This document shows, one piece after another, positions 26,231-40,097 of a stretch of DNA of 64,000 nt. Both the position numbers and the translations under genes were made by a program. Origin of the DNA: Vicugna vicugna (Eukaryota); assembly GCA_013265495.1 (NCBI GenBank), contig MU058687.1:2730001-2794000 (forward strand), read 5' to 3'. The notes beneath the pieces are model-generated. The model saw nothing but the letters and a program-made list of their open reading frames with translations, did no database searches and was not told the DNA's origin. The stretch's first letter is position 1. The number at the start of each line of letters is the position of its first letter.

Positions 26231-29200
26231 AACTGTGGGCAAATCATTCTTTAATGTCTTGACTTCCCCTTCAGTGAAATGGATGACAAAGCCCCACTCT
26301 GACTTGCCACTGGGGAAACTCTTTAACTTGGAAAGAAATAATACATGATAATCAGACATGATTTTGACTCATCCAAATGTAGATGCAAATAAATTCAGCT
26401 GAGGCCAAATCCATGCATGGGTTTGCATTCCCTGCTGTTTAAGCACAGCCCAGGTGTCCCCCAATCCACAGGCTCTGCCCTGCAGTTGGTCCATCTGGTT
26501 CCGGAAATGGTGAGCATGGACGCTGTCATGTTCAAGTGGGTGACTGCCTATAGGCACACTACTGGTTTAGGGTTATAGGCTTTTGCTATTCAAGAGGACT
26601 TATCTCTGCGTCCTTAAGGGGCTGCAGAATCAATCAGGTTGTGTGTGCAAGGTCAGGAACTAGGGAATAACTAGAGATGGCCATATAGGATTCTGGGTCC
26701 CAAACCACTGACAAGTGAAAAGGTCTAGAAAATGGCAGGTCAAGGACTCAGGCAGGATATTTCAGGACCAGGAAGGTGCAGGTTAAGAGAGATGAAGATG
26801 CCTGGTGGTTGTGGTCAGGGTAGGCAGGGAAGAGGGCAGGGGGCAGGGAGGTGGGGAAGGCCTCCCATCTATATATTTTGACTCTCTGCAGCACCACTAA
26901 AAGGTCCTCCCTGTGCTCCCAGCTCTCAAGGCACTGGATGGCCCACTCAGAGAAATTTGGTTTGGGCCAACTTTTCTTTCAGCAGAGCCCAGGGAAGAGC
27001 TGGACGCCTGACCAGTGGGGCAGATGCCAAAATTACAGTATCACAGAAATTCACCATCAAACCCAAAACGGCCTAATTCCTGAGTCATGCTTTTCTGCTA
27101 CTTTAGAGCACCTCCCAGCACTCATGTATTCTGCATAGGGATGGTTCTTCATCTTAAACCAGTGGACAAGTAAGACCTGGGATTTTCCCTTTCCTGTTTA
27201 GTGAACTCCTATTCACTTGTCGAAACTCAAGCCAAATTGCCCAAGCTAGAGCAGTGGCCTCTCCATTAACCAAGTTATGTATTTGTAGAACTCTTCCCCA
27301 CTAGATTGTGAGCATATCAACAAGGACTTTGGCTTATTTACAACCACATTCTGAATGCTGGAAAACAATCATTGACAAGGTGGCCCAACAAAGCAAGGAC
27401 AATCCATGCTTCCTGACTCGGAGAGCCTGATTACATCTCTCATTCCTCCCCCCATAACCCAGGCGTCTGCTCAGCTCAGAGGGCAAGACGTTCCTGTTTG
27501 GCAGGGACAGTTCCAGGTTTTGATGACCTGCCTCAACCAGATTGGTATCTATTCCAAGTTATTGTTTGTGCATACTCTGTGGGGGGCTGAGGGAAACGGT
27601 TACATAAGCCAGGGAGATCACATCCGCCTGTAGCAGCCCCCTCTTCCTGGTGCCAAGGACTCTTGGCTCCATTTAGGCCAAGATTCCTCATATATCTTCC
27701 CCCAGCCTCCAGTCTCCCCGCAGCCACCTGAGCAGATTGGAAACTAGAACCCCTGACAGGTGCAGCCTATCAGCTTTCCAGACAGGTCAGGAGCCCCTCC
27801 TCTTTGGGAGACCCTGGAGTGGAATCAGCTGGGAAGGGAATATCGCGGCTCTCATCTGACAGTGAGCCTGGGGGCCCTGCACACTGGAAGAGCAATGGGT
27901 GCATTCCACCCACGGGCGATGCAAGCTCCTGCTGCTCCCTTAGCCGCCTAGGCAAAGCCAATTTCTTGATCCTCCCACCCCAACCCAGGGCACAGGTAAA
28001 GCAAATCCTGACCCACGTGCAGCCTCTTTCCTGTAGCTCAGAGGTCTCAGGACTTTGGGACAAAATTCACTTTACCAACAGCTTCTCTGCCCAGCTTGTC
28101 ACTCACCCAGCCACCTTCACAACCTCTCAAACTGCCTTCTTCCTTTAGGAATATAATTGCATCAGTGCAATTTGCAACCATAGATGACTTCACAGTTTAT
28201 GACAATCTATTGTCTCATTTGATTCCCCTTTATAATTCTTTGAAGGCAGCACTATTCTTTCTACTTGACAAAAAAGAAATTCAAGGCTCAGAGTGACTTC
28301 TCCAAGATCACTGATACAGAAAAAACTTGTCTAAGCCCAAAGCCTGAATGAGTTCTTTCCAAAACACTCTATCTGGGTATTTTACTTTTCTTGGGGGGAG
28401 CCCTTGCTGAGGAAAGAAATACACAACCTTCACCCCCAGAGCAATAGAGACAAAGCTACAACTCTAAGGGCAAGACAAAAATCTCAAAGTCCACTCTCAG
28501 CCCATATCTTTCCTTCTGCCTTCCCCAAGTTTTTAACCAAAGTGGCTATCAGTCAACACCAGCTGGAGAATGAGAACCCACAGCCCTGTTCCACCCCAGG
28601 CAGACTCAGGAGGCTGGCCTAAAATCCACATCTCCAAGGCCAAGGCAACGAAGGGCTAGAAGTATGCGGAAGGGCTCAGGTTGTGCCTGATTAAAAGCAA
28701 GGGCCTGCAGCAGAGTCCCTGGTTCAAATCCCAGCTCCGCTTCTGTCTAGTGTGTGTGTGTGGGGGGGGGTCATAGTTCCTTAACCTCCCTGTGCCTCAG
28801 TTCCCTCCACTGTAAAAAGAGGGGACAGCAGTAGCCCTCTGGTGGGTGCTGTGAAGATGAAGTGAGATCTTGCCCACCTCAGGCCAGCTGCATCCTTAGA
28901 GCTGGGCTGTAAGGCTGTGGTGCTGCAGAAGCAAAGGGGCGGGTTGGGAGGCGGGTTCCAGCTGAGCACTGTAACCTTAGGCCACCTGTGCTGTAAGCAT
29001 TCCCACTTGAAGTTTCCTCTCTAGGATGGAAAGGTGCTATACAGCGCTGTCCTAAGACCTGGAAGTCATGGAGGGGGAACACCCTGCACATGGAAAGTGC
29101 TCAGAATCCACCAATCCCTTTCCTTCTCGCCCCTGGAATGTGAAATTTCCTTCAGAAAACATCTAACCTCCAGCTTTGGTTTATCATCAAGAGGGATTCC

Positions 29201-30147
29201 ATGGTTCCCTACACACCACGCCAGATACAATGATAAATGTCCCTTCCCTTGAAGAGGTGAAAGGTGGAGAAGCTGGATGGGCACTGATGCAGGGAGGAAA
29301 AGAGCAGAGCAGGAGAGTGGGCAGTGGCAGCGGGTTGGGGATGAGGAGGTGCCCTCTGACCTGAGTGTCCCGAGCACCCAGGAGGTGGAGGGCGGTCCTC
29401 ATGCCTCACTCAGGGAAAAGGGAGGAGCCAGAGCAAGGCCAAGAGGGCTCTGTTCCACCTGCCACTTGTTTGCTGCTGACATTAGAGAAACGCCTGCCCC
29501 CTTTCTGGGCCTGCTTTATCTCTGCAAAATGAAGTGTTCCGAAAGGAACTCCCCTCTGGAGTTTTTTAGGAAGCTCGGCATCAGCACTTTTCTTTGGGAT
29601 ACCCTCCCCTGCCACTTTCCGGACAATGCTAAGGAGGCCTGGTCTTCCTGCTTGTCCGTGGCCTTCTGCCTGCCTTCTCTGTCTCCCACCTCCTCACCCT
29701 CCTACCCTCCCCTGCTCAGATACACGGGGTTTATTTTTAACCAGGGTTTATAAGCAGGATCTGGACAAGCCAGTCTGCAGAAGTTCCAACACTTGCTTGC
29801 TCCCTCCCCGACAGCAGGAGGGGGAGCAGCTCGGCAGGAAGACCTGCCCGCAGGTGTGAAGTGAAGGGCAACAGGCCTGGGCACTCACGCAGCCCAGCGT
29901 CCTTGGCCAGCCGGAGGACTGGAAGGGGGCCCAGGCTGGCCCCGCCTGCTCTGGTGGGGAGGACAGGGTGCACCCATGGCCAGGGTGGAGTGGAACCTTC
30001 TGGGTTTTCCTGACATCACCTCTCCAGGAGGGGCTGATTGGCCCAGGGCTTCCCTCTCCCCTGGGGAAGTCTCTGAGCAGAGTGGCCCAATGCCCTGTAT
30101 TGCAGGCCAGACCTCTGTCCTGCTCTGGCCCAGGGGAGCGGCAGGCG

Positions 30148-30442
30148 AGGCCAGGTCACCTAATAGGCAAATTAAGCATCTGCTTAGGGCACTAGCAGTA
30201 AAAGGGCATCAACAAAGTGTTTTGGTTTGGGTTGGGGTTTTTTTAAGGGCTAATTCTTAGTATTTCAAAAATAGCAAGGAAGTAGTCGTTCTGGGAAAAA
30301 TCAGGACTTTGTTGAAATTTGTCACACTGATTTTAAGGTTTAGGGTGATTTTTATTTTGAATTTGTATGTGGGTGGATGGGTGGGGAGGTGCAACTTAAC
30401 CTCTCAGCTCTCAGGGCTGCTAAAGGTCTTAATCCAGCTCAG
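30148..30442. mobile_element. Probable hAT-Tip100 MITE (MER91-like)
   Basis: taataggcaaattaagcatctgcttagggcac start and aaaggtcttaatccagctc end; AT-rich interior within a GC-rich context. Confidence 0.4.
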
Positions 30443-31346
30443 GATAAATCAAAGATCAGAAAGGAGGTAGGGAGGGGACAACAGAGTGTTGAGGAGGAGG
30501 GAGCGTGTGACCTCAGCCCACAGCTATATCCCCTGGAGGGGGAGGCCTTCTGGAGGGAAGGGGGCACTGCATTATTATACAGGGAAAGCTGGTCTTGCTG
30601 GAGAGGATCTGGGGAAACTAAGGTGTGAGATAGTTGCAGGGAGTGACGGGTAGGATCGCCCAGGGCCCCAGAACAAAGCCCAACACCCTGAAATTCCCAC
30701 CCCTGGACCAGGGCTGGGATTTGTTCTCCCTCTGTTCACTCTGGAAATGGCAAGGCTCTTGGCCAGAAGTGGCCAAAGATGGTGGCCGCTTTGAATGGGG
30801 AGCTGGCAGCCCATTTCCTGGAAGACAGTTCCAAAGACGGCATTCAGCCCTCTGAGTCCCTACAGGGTAGTGCATGGACTCAGTGCTATTTCTCCCATCC
30901 TCTCCTAGAGTAGAGGCATGTTGTTCCCAACCCCACTGTCTCTGGGCCCAAGCAGGCACCCACCAGCAAACACATGCCAAGCACCTGCTGTGTACTGGGC
31001 CCTCTCAATCCATGACCTCATCTAACCCTCAGAGTGCCTGTCATGTGGTCACTCTGTTCCCATTCTACAGATGGGGAAACAGGCTTAGAGACATCCAGTA
31101 CCTGCTGAAAAGCATACAGCTAGCTAGTGGCAGGGTGAGGACACAAATCCAGTTGTCTGTTTCTGTCCAGCATGCTTCACTCAATACCACAGTTCTTACC
31201 CCTGCTCCCAGCCTCTGGAGGGACAAAACCACAAGCTGCCTCCCTCACCCCTTTCTGGACCCACTACGTCAGGGGCCAGGTGCCAATGTGGGCCGTGCCA
31301 CATTCATGGTGAGCAAGGAGACAGATAAGCACCCCAGGCCCTAGAA

Positions 31347-31512
31347 CCGGGATAGGCCACATGATTTGCAGGGCTCAAGCCAAAAGGAAAATGTAGGACT
31401 CCTTGTCCAAATTATTAAGAATTTCAAGATAGCAAAAGCAAAGCATCAAAGCACCCCTTCAAACATGGCGCCCGGTAGGACTGCACAGGTCCACACCCAT
31501 GGAGCCCATCCT
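31347..31512 (-). mobile_element. MER45A-like hAT-Tip100 MITE
   Basis: ggccacatgatttgcagggc...aaaggaaaatgtagg...ccttgtccaaattattaagaatttcaaga...gactgcacaggtccacacccatggagcc is the reverse complement of the MER45A pattern. Confidence 0.75.
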
Positions 31513-32439
31513 GCCCAGAACCCACATTATCCCCAAAACCAACTCCTCCTCTTACCGGGAAATCCCATCTCCAAGTCAGGTGGGTTGGATTTCAAGGGCC
31601 CCAAGAGGACAGGCCTTGAGAAGTAAATTTTCCACCAGCCGGGAGGCCCTGCCATTAGTCCTCAGGTGCTCAGGACCCTACACTCTCATCTTCCAGGTGA
31701 CCTCTGCGTGTAACCAGGGATCTGCCAAAGTCAGCCCATGGAGTGTTATCTTAGCTAGGGTGTGGCAAGTGGGCTGAGGGTATCTGACGGTGCAGGTGAT
31801 GGAGAAAACGCCCCACTATCCTTTTATGACTAATTCATCCTAGCACCTCCTTCTTCACCCAGTCCTTAATCCTTGCTGGAGACACATTTTCCACATCTGA
31901 CTAACAGTTAGTGACCATCTAGGTACTCTACTAAGGCAAAATATTTATAATTTCATTCCAGAGTGGTGCCTGGCCCCTGCTCCATCAACGTTTATAGAAG
32001 TGGTGGAGGTAGCGTCTGTATAACGAGTATCACCAGGCTGCCTGGCATCCTGCTGGTCATGCCCACGCACGACCTCGCTTCATCCTCCCCACAGCCTGGC
32101 AGGTGGGCATCACTGCCCCTGTGGCCTGGGAGGAGACTGAGGCTCTGAGAGTAGAGTGCAGAAGGTCCCATGATGACTGAGTAGAGCAAAGAGACTGGGG
32201 TCAGGTTCCAAGGGCTGCTTTGACTCTAGCACCAGCTGCTCTTAAACTGAGCTGCAAGGTGCCCTGTCTGACCCAGGACACGGCGCATAAATAGATAAAC
32301 ACTGTACAGAACCCTGCTAAAGACTTCCTCAAATCCCTCCATCACCCCCGTGCGGGCTTCCTCCCTCTGCTCCCAGTGTAAGAGGCACCCAATTCTGTCC
32401 CAGGTGAGTCTGTCCTCTTGTGCTTTCTGTGCACAAAGC

Positions 32440-32855
32440 CCTGCATCAAGCGTTTTATGGGCATTTATACACTTGATCCATCCAGCAGTGCTATGAAATG
32501 AGTACAATTCTCACGCCCATTTTCCTGGTGGGGAAACTAAGGGACAGGAGAGCAAAGCAAATGAGTGAAGGAGCTGGGATTCAAACCCAGGCGGTCTAGC
32601 CCCAGAATCCACGCTCTGACCACTACACGTCCATGGAGACACCCTGCCTGGGTTCAAGTCCTGGCACACCAGCAGCATCACATGCCAGCTGTGTAACATC
32701 GGGCAAGCTACTTAACCTTTCTGTGTCTGGGTTCTTCATCTGTAAAATGAGGATAATAACAGCACCTACTCTATAGGTTGCTGTGTGGACTAGATGGGTT
32801 AGCATGTGCAAATCGCTGGGAGCGCACCTGGCACACTATTAAATGCAGCTATTAT
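32440..32855. mobile_element. Head-to-head pair of MIR SINEs (- then +)
   Basis: cccattttcctggtggggaaactaagg...gctgggattcaaacccaggcggtct, then ctgggttcaagtcctggc...gggcaagctacttaacct...catctgtaaaatgaggataataac. Confidence 0.75.
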
Positions 32856-35800
32856 CAACTGACTTTTCAATACCCTATACTGCATTTCTTGCAGTCTCCT
32901 CCCTTCTTCGAGCCTGTCATTCATTCTTACCCATCCCCCTTCTGGTATATTCAACCTCTCCTTCTAGTTCTTTCCCTATAAACATGCTGTGTCTCCTTCA
33001 ACTTGCATCAAAGAGACTCCCGCCACCTGCCCCCTAGCTGCCAGGATCTCTACTTTCCTTTAGGACTAAGACCCTGGGATAAGCTGAGCCTTCTGCTGTC
33101 CCCTCAGTATACTGTGTCATGGCTTCTATCCCCTCCATTCTGCACATACCTCTCTGGCCAGGGTCTCCAGGGACCACCCTGCCGCCAAATTCAATGGAAA
33201 ACTTTCGGGCCTTATCTTCCTCCATCTCAGCCCAGCACCTGACCCTATTGATAACCCCATCCCGCAGCATCAATAACCCCATCCGGCAGCATCCGCTTAG
33301 GCAGGTAGGGCACGACTTCCTGCCTCCCTGCCATCGTCCCCCATGCTGCCCTTCTCCTCCCCCACCCCTGGAAGACCAGCGTTCCCAGCATTCTTTCATC
33401 TTTTCATTTTCTGCCCACTTTCCCTCAGGGACCTCACACCTCTGCCTACCACCCGCAAAGCAGGCAGCACCTCTCAGCTCCTGCCCAGACCTGTTTGTAG
33501 AGCCCAGACTTGGAGGTCCATTTGCTTACCTGGCAGCTCCCCCAAGCTGGCCCATGGCACCCCAGGCCAGTGTCCCAAACTGACCAGACCTCTTCCCCTA
33601 CACCTGCACCCTCTCCTCAGCTGAGGACTAGCCTGCCTCCTTCCTTCCTCTGCCTCGCCTTCATGCACCTGCCATCTCTCTTCCCACCAGCTCTCAGACC
33701 ACCTCCCCAACCCCTACTGAATTTGGCTTCATCACCTCTCACCTGGTTCACTGCAGTCACCTCCACGCTGGCTTCCCATGCTTGCTTCTCCTTCCCTGAT
33801 AATCTAGACCTCATGCTGCTGCCAAAAAGAGCTTTCCAAACGGCACATCAGACCATGTCCCTCTGCTCACACATCCTTCAGTGACCCTTCAGGATTAAAC
33901 CGAGCCCCTCAACTTAGCTCAGGCGGTCTGGCTTGCTTGTCCAGCCTCACCTCTCCTCACATGCCGGCCCAAACCAAGCCAACTCATCCTTCTCAGGCAG
34001 AAACTTACTCTCCTGCCTCTTAGCCCTTTTCTCTCCTTTCTCCTTCCTTTACAGACCCCACCTTCTGGAAGGGATCTTCCTGAGTGACCCAGATCTGTGC
34101 TCCTGGAGCCCCGGGGTCATAACACTTAGCCATCCCCTCTCCCTCCCAGCACTGAGAGTGGGGGGTGGGCGCTGAGTCAGGCACCAATAAGGGTGACAAC
34201 AGTAGCCAACATGCACCGAGAGCCAGCCAGCCTGGATCATGCTGACACTGACATGCGTTGTTTTAAGTCTTCTGTCAACTTCACGAAGGGTATTCCCATC
34301 CACAGGGAGGATACTGAGGCCCTGAGAGATCAAGCAACTTGCCCGAAATTAATGCCAGGACCAGGATTTGAACCCAAACGTCAGTTGTCAATGTTTGTTG
34401 GGTGAACACAAGTTGTCTATGAAGCTGGACCTTTGATGGTGAAGTACTGAAGGAGAATTGAGGGTGAGAGGAAGACAAAAGGAGAGGGGAGCAGCACTGC
34501 GGACAGAAGCAGCAGCCCGGGCTATAGGCATCTCCGGCAACCTCTGCCATCCAGAGGGAATAGGAGCCATGCTGCAGGCACCTAGCCTCCTTGGGGAGGA
34601 GAGCGAGCCCTGGGAAGGAGCCACTGGCTGGCAGAACAGGCGATGAAGGGATAAGGAGGCCGAAGGCTCTGACTCAGCTGGTTCCCAGAGAGTAGGGATT
34701 GACCTGGACCAGGCGGGATTAAGAAAAGGAGGTGCAGGCTGTCAGAGGCCATCCCCGGCCCTGCCCCCACACCCAGACACCTGCTGACCCCTTCTGCCCC
34801 TGCAGCGGGGCGGGGCTGGCTGAAGACAGGTAGGCGTGGATTACAAAGCATGGCCTGCCTGGGACTGCTGAGGAGGTGTGAGAGCCAGCTCCCTGCGCTA
34901 AGGCAGCTCTGCCTCCCCCGCCCCAGTTGTGTTACTTAATGACCAGAGCAGCATGGAGGCCCTTCTGGGGCAGGAAGCAGCCTAGAGCCTGAGAAGCCAC
35001 CTCCAGGCAGATGGCTTGGCCAGGTATTTTTACCCCAGGTGAGGTGGAGGACCTCACAGCAGCTCCTCCTCTGAGCCTCCCAGCTCCCCTCTCTGTCCTA
35101 CCCTGGGAAGCTCCTAGCCACCGTCCTATCCCCCTCCCCTAAAATGATCCTAATTCCAGAAGGCTCCCTCTCTAAGTCCCTGGGTCCCCTTGCCCCACCA
35201 TAGCGGGCATGTTGGCAACGTCCTAAGCCAGGAACTGGTGGCCAGATAGAGCTTGCGGGCCTATAGCTCCAGGCAGAGGAGGGGGGCAGTGGGGGGGATT
35301 TGTAGGAGGTGGTCACCTGACCGTCTGGGCTGAGACCCAGGGGCGCAGAGTTAATTCCTAAGTGTTCACATGGCCTGACATTCCAGAGCTGCCTCTCCCA
35401 GGGTGCTGGCCGCTAGTGTCGCTCTGGGTGCCCCAGGTGACCCAAACCTGTTCTCAGAGGCAACCAGACCCCCTGGAGCTGTGGTTCCTGAACCACTGCC
35501 CATGGCTCTGGATTTCACAAGCTGACTCGTCCTTGCAACAAAAACCCAGGCTTCCCTGGAAGGGTTTGCGCTGGTGGACAGTGAGGCATGAGGGAGGGCA
35601 TGGGCGTGGGGAGCCTGTGAATGACCTTCAGATATGAGAGAGGGAGTGAGATCAGGCAGGGGCAAGTAATTCACTGTGCCGTGATTGTCTTGTCTGTAAA
35701 ATGGGAGTAATAATGGAATTTCCTATGGGTATTTTCCTGCCAAAGAAGAATAACAGCACCAAGCAGCCTCAAAGGCTTGTCATAATAAAGGAGAGACAGC

Positions 35801-36462
35801 ATATGACAATGCCTAGTGCACTGTCAGGTCCAGAGGTTACACTCAATAACAGTTCGCCCTCGCCCTTTTCTTTTAGTCATAGTTTCCCTGACTGTCACCC
35901 AAGGGGGACAAGCTGCCGTGGATGGTTGAAAAGGGAAGGGAATGTGGCTATAGGGGAAAGCGCTGGACACTGCAGGGGACACCTGATTTCCAAGGCCACC
36001 GCCCCACCCCTCCTTCCAGAGAATACCCCCCAAGCCACAAGGGGGCTGGCTTAGGGAGCCTAAGGCTGGCACCACAGCGACGACGCATATACACCGATAT
36101 GGGCCAAGGGCATAGGCACACCCCTGGCCCAGGAGCCTGTGAAGAATAATAGCTAATCCCTGGCTGTGGGGGGTAGGAAACAGCACAGACCCAGACTGAG
36201 GCTCTGACCCCAGTTCACTTCCTGGACTTTCCTTCCTGTCTTTGGCTTACCCTAAGATCTACCCTCAGGAGATAGATACTATAAATCTGAGCTTCTTTGT
36301 GCATCTAATGCTGCTGAAAGTATACACAAAATAACTGCCAATAGTGCCTCCCTCAGGGCAGGGGAACTGAAGACCCGTAAAGGGAGGAGACTCTTCACTG
36401 AGTATCTTTTCATGCTGTTTGATTTTTTTTTTTTTGCCATGTGTGTGTAATAGCTTTTTAAA

Positions 36463-36620
36463 CATTTCAAAAAATTTTTATTATTTCTTATTTTGGGGAA
36501 GGGGAGGTAATTAGGTTTATTTATTTATTTATTTATTTATTTTAATGGAGGTACTGAGGATTGAAGCCAGGACCCCGTGCTTGCTAAGTATGTGCTCTAC
36601 CACTGAGCTGTACCCTCCCC
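36463..36620 (-). mobile_element. Full-length camelid-type SINE with target-site duplication
   Basis: Reverse head gaggtactgaggattgaagccaggacccc...gctctaccactgagctgtaccctcccc and (TTTA)n tract. TSD tgtaatagctttttaaa (36446-36462) / tgtgatagctttttaaa (36623-36639), 16/17 identical. Confidence 0.9.
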
Positions 36621-38027
36621 TCTGTGATAGCTTTTTAAAAATTAAGATTCTCTACCCCTGGGATGGAGAAATGGTGGAGGGCTTTGCTTGCTGTGCTAAG
36701 GAATTTGGACTTTATCCAATAGGCAACACGGAGCCAAGGAGGTTTCTAAGTAAGGAGGTGACATGTTCAGATTGACAGCTGCAGAGCCCTGGCCTGAAGT
36801 GGGCGGAGACTTGGAGCCAACAGAGACCAGTTGGAAAGTTGGGACACTTCCCTTGAGTCTAGCCTGAAGTGGGGACCCACCAATTATGGGGCCTCAATAC
36901 ACGGAGGTAAGCGTTCCTGGATCATTCGTTATTGAAGTTTAGGGGTAGGTGGCAGCTTGAGGGAGACTTCAGAACAGCCTTGCTCCAGAATCCCTGATTG
37001 GAAATATCCCTTGGACAGTACCATGGTGCGTCCCCTGCACACCAGGCCTAGGAAATGCCCTCTCCTGGGGCTTCCCAACAGCCCCTCCTGGGGACAGCCT
37101 TGCTCACTGGCTCTGGCCAGGCTCACACTGAGTCTCTGGGAGATGGAGAGAAGGCAGAAGGACAGCTGCGAGCTCTGAGCCTGGGTTCCATGGGCCTTGT
37201 GGGTCAGCAGTCAGAGGCCCCCTGCGTCGAGCAACATAGCGGTCCCAGAGAGAGTCCAGGCCCTAGGCTGCCCTGGGCTTGAATAGAAAACCAAGGATGG
37301 CCTTGGGTATTAACCTCCCTGAGCTCAGCTGGCACATGTGTAAAACGGGAGTCATCATACTTTCTTCATAGGCTGGCCTGAAATACGCATTTCACCCAGC
37401 ATGTCACACAGCCCCTGGCATGCCACCTATCTCCTGTAGTTCCCTCTTTAGCAATCGGGGAGAGATGGCCAGGCAGAGGTGGGTGACAGGGAGAGAGGAG
37501 AGAAGCCCCAAGCTTAGAGGAAGGTGAGGAGTCCTGGTCTCCCTACTGCTGACCTCTATGTCCCACTGGTTACTTACCTGATAGTCTTTAAACCTTCAAA
37601 AGTTTCCCATCAGCAAAGGGGGAGGTGGTGTGAGGGCCTACGCCTCACAGGTTAAGAAAGGACTCCACTAATTAAGTCTCACCTGATATTTACAGTCAGA
37701 AACCTAAAGACTTTCTGAACATCCCCTTCCTCAAAAGGTCTGGCTGCAAAAGAGACCAAGGGACAAATGCTTGTTCGCTGTCCTCCAAGAGCTGGTAAAA
37801 ACACTGAGCCCCACCCCACCAGGTACTCACACTCCTTTTGCCCAGTTCATCATCACCATTTCCCATACAAAGCTCTAATTAAGCCAAATGTCCCTAAATT
37901 TTTTTTAAATGTCCATTAGAGTTGTTCCCTAAACTGAGATCTAGCCTGGGCTAGCCACTGTATGACTTTAGGCAAGTTCCTTCCTGCCTCTGTGCCTTGG
38001 GGCCCTCCTCTTTACTAGGTAGATGAA

Positions 38028-38368
38028 CTAGACCTAGGTTGTAACCTCAAGTTCCTTGGATGGACTTTAGGTGTGCATGAACCCCTTTAAAAATGAGATA
38101 ACTAACGGCTGCATCCCAGAGGGGAACTAGGTGGCTGAGGGGCCACTTGGAGAAAGGAGACCTTTGTATCTTTTCAATTTTGGGCCACAGGAATACATTG
38201 TCTACTCAAAAATAAATAGAATAAAATATATATTAAATAGGAAAGAAAATACATGTAAATCCATGTGTGTGGGGGCACCTGCACCTTCTGGGGAAGGATC
38301 CATAATTTTCATCAAATTTTTCTAAGGTATCTCTGACCCCAGAAAGGTTTAAAAAGCATTTCGCTAGA
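38028..38368. mobile_element. MER103-like hAT-Charlie element
   Basis: ccttggatggactttagg...atgaacccc...ttctggggaaggatccataattttcatcaaat...tctctgaccccagaaaggtttaaaaagca. Confidence 0.55.
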
Positions 38369-40071
38369 TGCCCTTAAGGGTCATTCCCTGTTCCAATTTC
38401 CTTGATTTGACAAAGATAAGAGAAAACAAAAGTGAATGTCAGGACTCATTACATTAACAGCCTGGGTTGGATGCATGGGAAAATTCACCCTCAAATCTCA
38501 CATTTAACAGCATAAGCATGCACGCCCACGTGAGCTGAGCAGGTTCAGATGTAAATGCTGGACTTGATGTGGTGAGCTGTCCTCACCAGTGGACCTTCCA
38601 TTGAGCAGCCTTCAGCAATCAAAGTCAAAAAATGACCTCCATCAGCCTATTCTCTCAAAGCTGTTGAATTAAGTCCTCCTTGCCCCACCCCGGTGCCCAC
38701 TCAAAGAAACATTCAGCTTACATTAGCTGCGCAAACAATGCATATAAATAAAGACAATATGGATTTTTAAATGTTGGCTCATTTGGCTCTGAGTGGGCAG
38801 GGAATGAGAAGGATGGGAAATGGAGGAGGTGGGGAGATCCAGGGTGAACTGGAGGTGGAGGAAGCCTAGAGACCTCCGTCTGTGTCTCTGAAACCCACAA
38901 AAATTCTCCTGTGCCGGAGAGGAAAATGCTTCCTGGGTGTGCAATGTGGAAAGCTTCAGGGAAGGGGGAATCTAGCTGAGGGATCAAAGCAAGAGCCGTT
39001 AAGGCAACAAGACTAGCAGCTGAATGGGTCAGAGCAAAGAGAAAGGTCACACGGTTCCAAAAAAAAGGAAGGGGGAGACGCCATTTAACAAATGGCCCCC
39101 GGCGATGGTAAACTTTAATTAAGTGCACCATTATAATTCACTTCCACCCCAACCCAGTCTCTCTATCCCCACACCCTCCCTCTCTCCCCCAGGTCTCATC
39201 AAGGCGGGCTTCCTTGGTGAAACCCTACTGGCCGCCTGTACTGGATGCTTCATTATTATAGCTATTGCCTCTCCTGCTAATAATGCACCCAGCAACAAGA
39301 AGGGGGAGCAAACTACAGTTCTCAGCTCTTAATGACAGGTCCCTTTCCTACCTACGTGCACTAAATCAACGGTCTCATAATCCTAAAAGTTCCTAAAAGT
39401 AATAACATAGCAATGAAGAGACAGCGGCAGGCCAGCAGAAGCGGATGTGCACGCAGAGGTGGGTAACAGGGCCAATTCTCACTCAGAGCCACCGGACTCA
39501 CAGGGTTCATATCCGATCGTTCACCCACACATCCAAGTTGACAATCACAGCTCAATGCTGTGGCTGCACCCACCGCGCCCTCATTCAATACTGGTTAAAT
39601 TACGCCAGTGACACTCTATCTCCTGTAATCTCAGGCTGCTGAGCTTTACCCATTTTAAGAGTGTGTGCATTGGGAGTGGGGGTTGGGAGCACCTCAGAGG
39701 ATCTTCCAGGCGAAACATGCTTGGTTTTCATTAATGAGCTTATGAGAAAAGCCAACCCAGACCTTTAAGTGAAATGTGTGATTGGTAGCCAGGCGAGGAT
39801 AGGTTTTAGAATTAACTCTTCCTACAGTCTGCTATGCATTATCACCCCCAAGTTAATTACCCCTGAGGATGAAAATAGGTTTCATGACTCATAAGCACCA
39901 ATACAACACTTGGCAGCAGATGAAAATGCAAGGACACATTTGCAGGAAGCTGACACGCACATCTATTTATATGTGGGGAGATTCTTAAAGAGGTGAGACA
40001 GGCACCTCCCAGGCACCAGGATTAAGAGGCTGCAGCAGATCCATCAATTGCCATTTACCCACACCCCTAAG

Positions 40072-40097
40072 CACACACACACACACACACACACACA
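40072..40097. repeat. (CA)n microsatellite
   Basis: Directly visible. Confidence 0.9.

Noticed and set aside
32440..32855. Inverted MIR pairs (also 46.6-46.9, 50.1-50.4 and 60.9-61.3 kb) as dsRNA or editing substrates
   Set aside because: Copies are too diverged to pair stably, such pairs are common, and there is no evidence of transcription.
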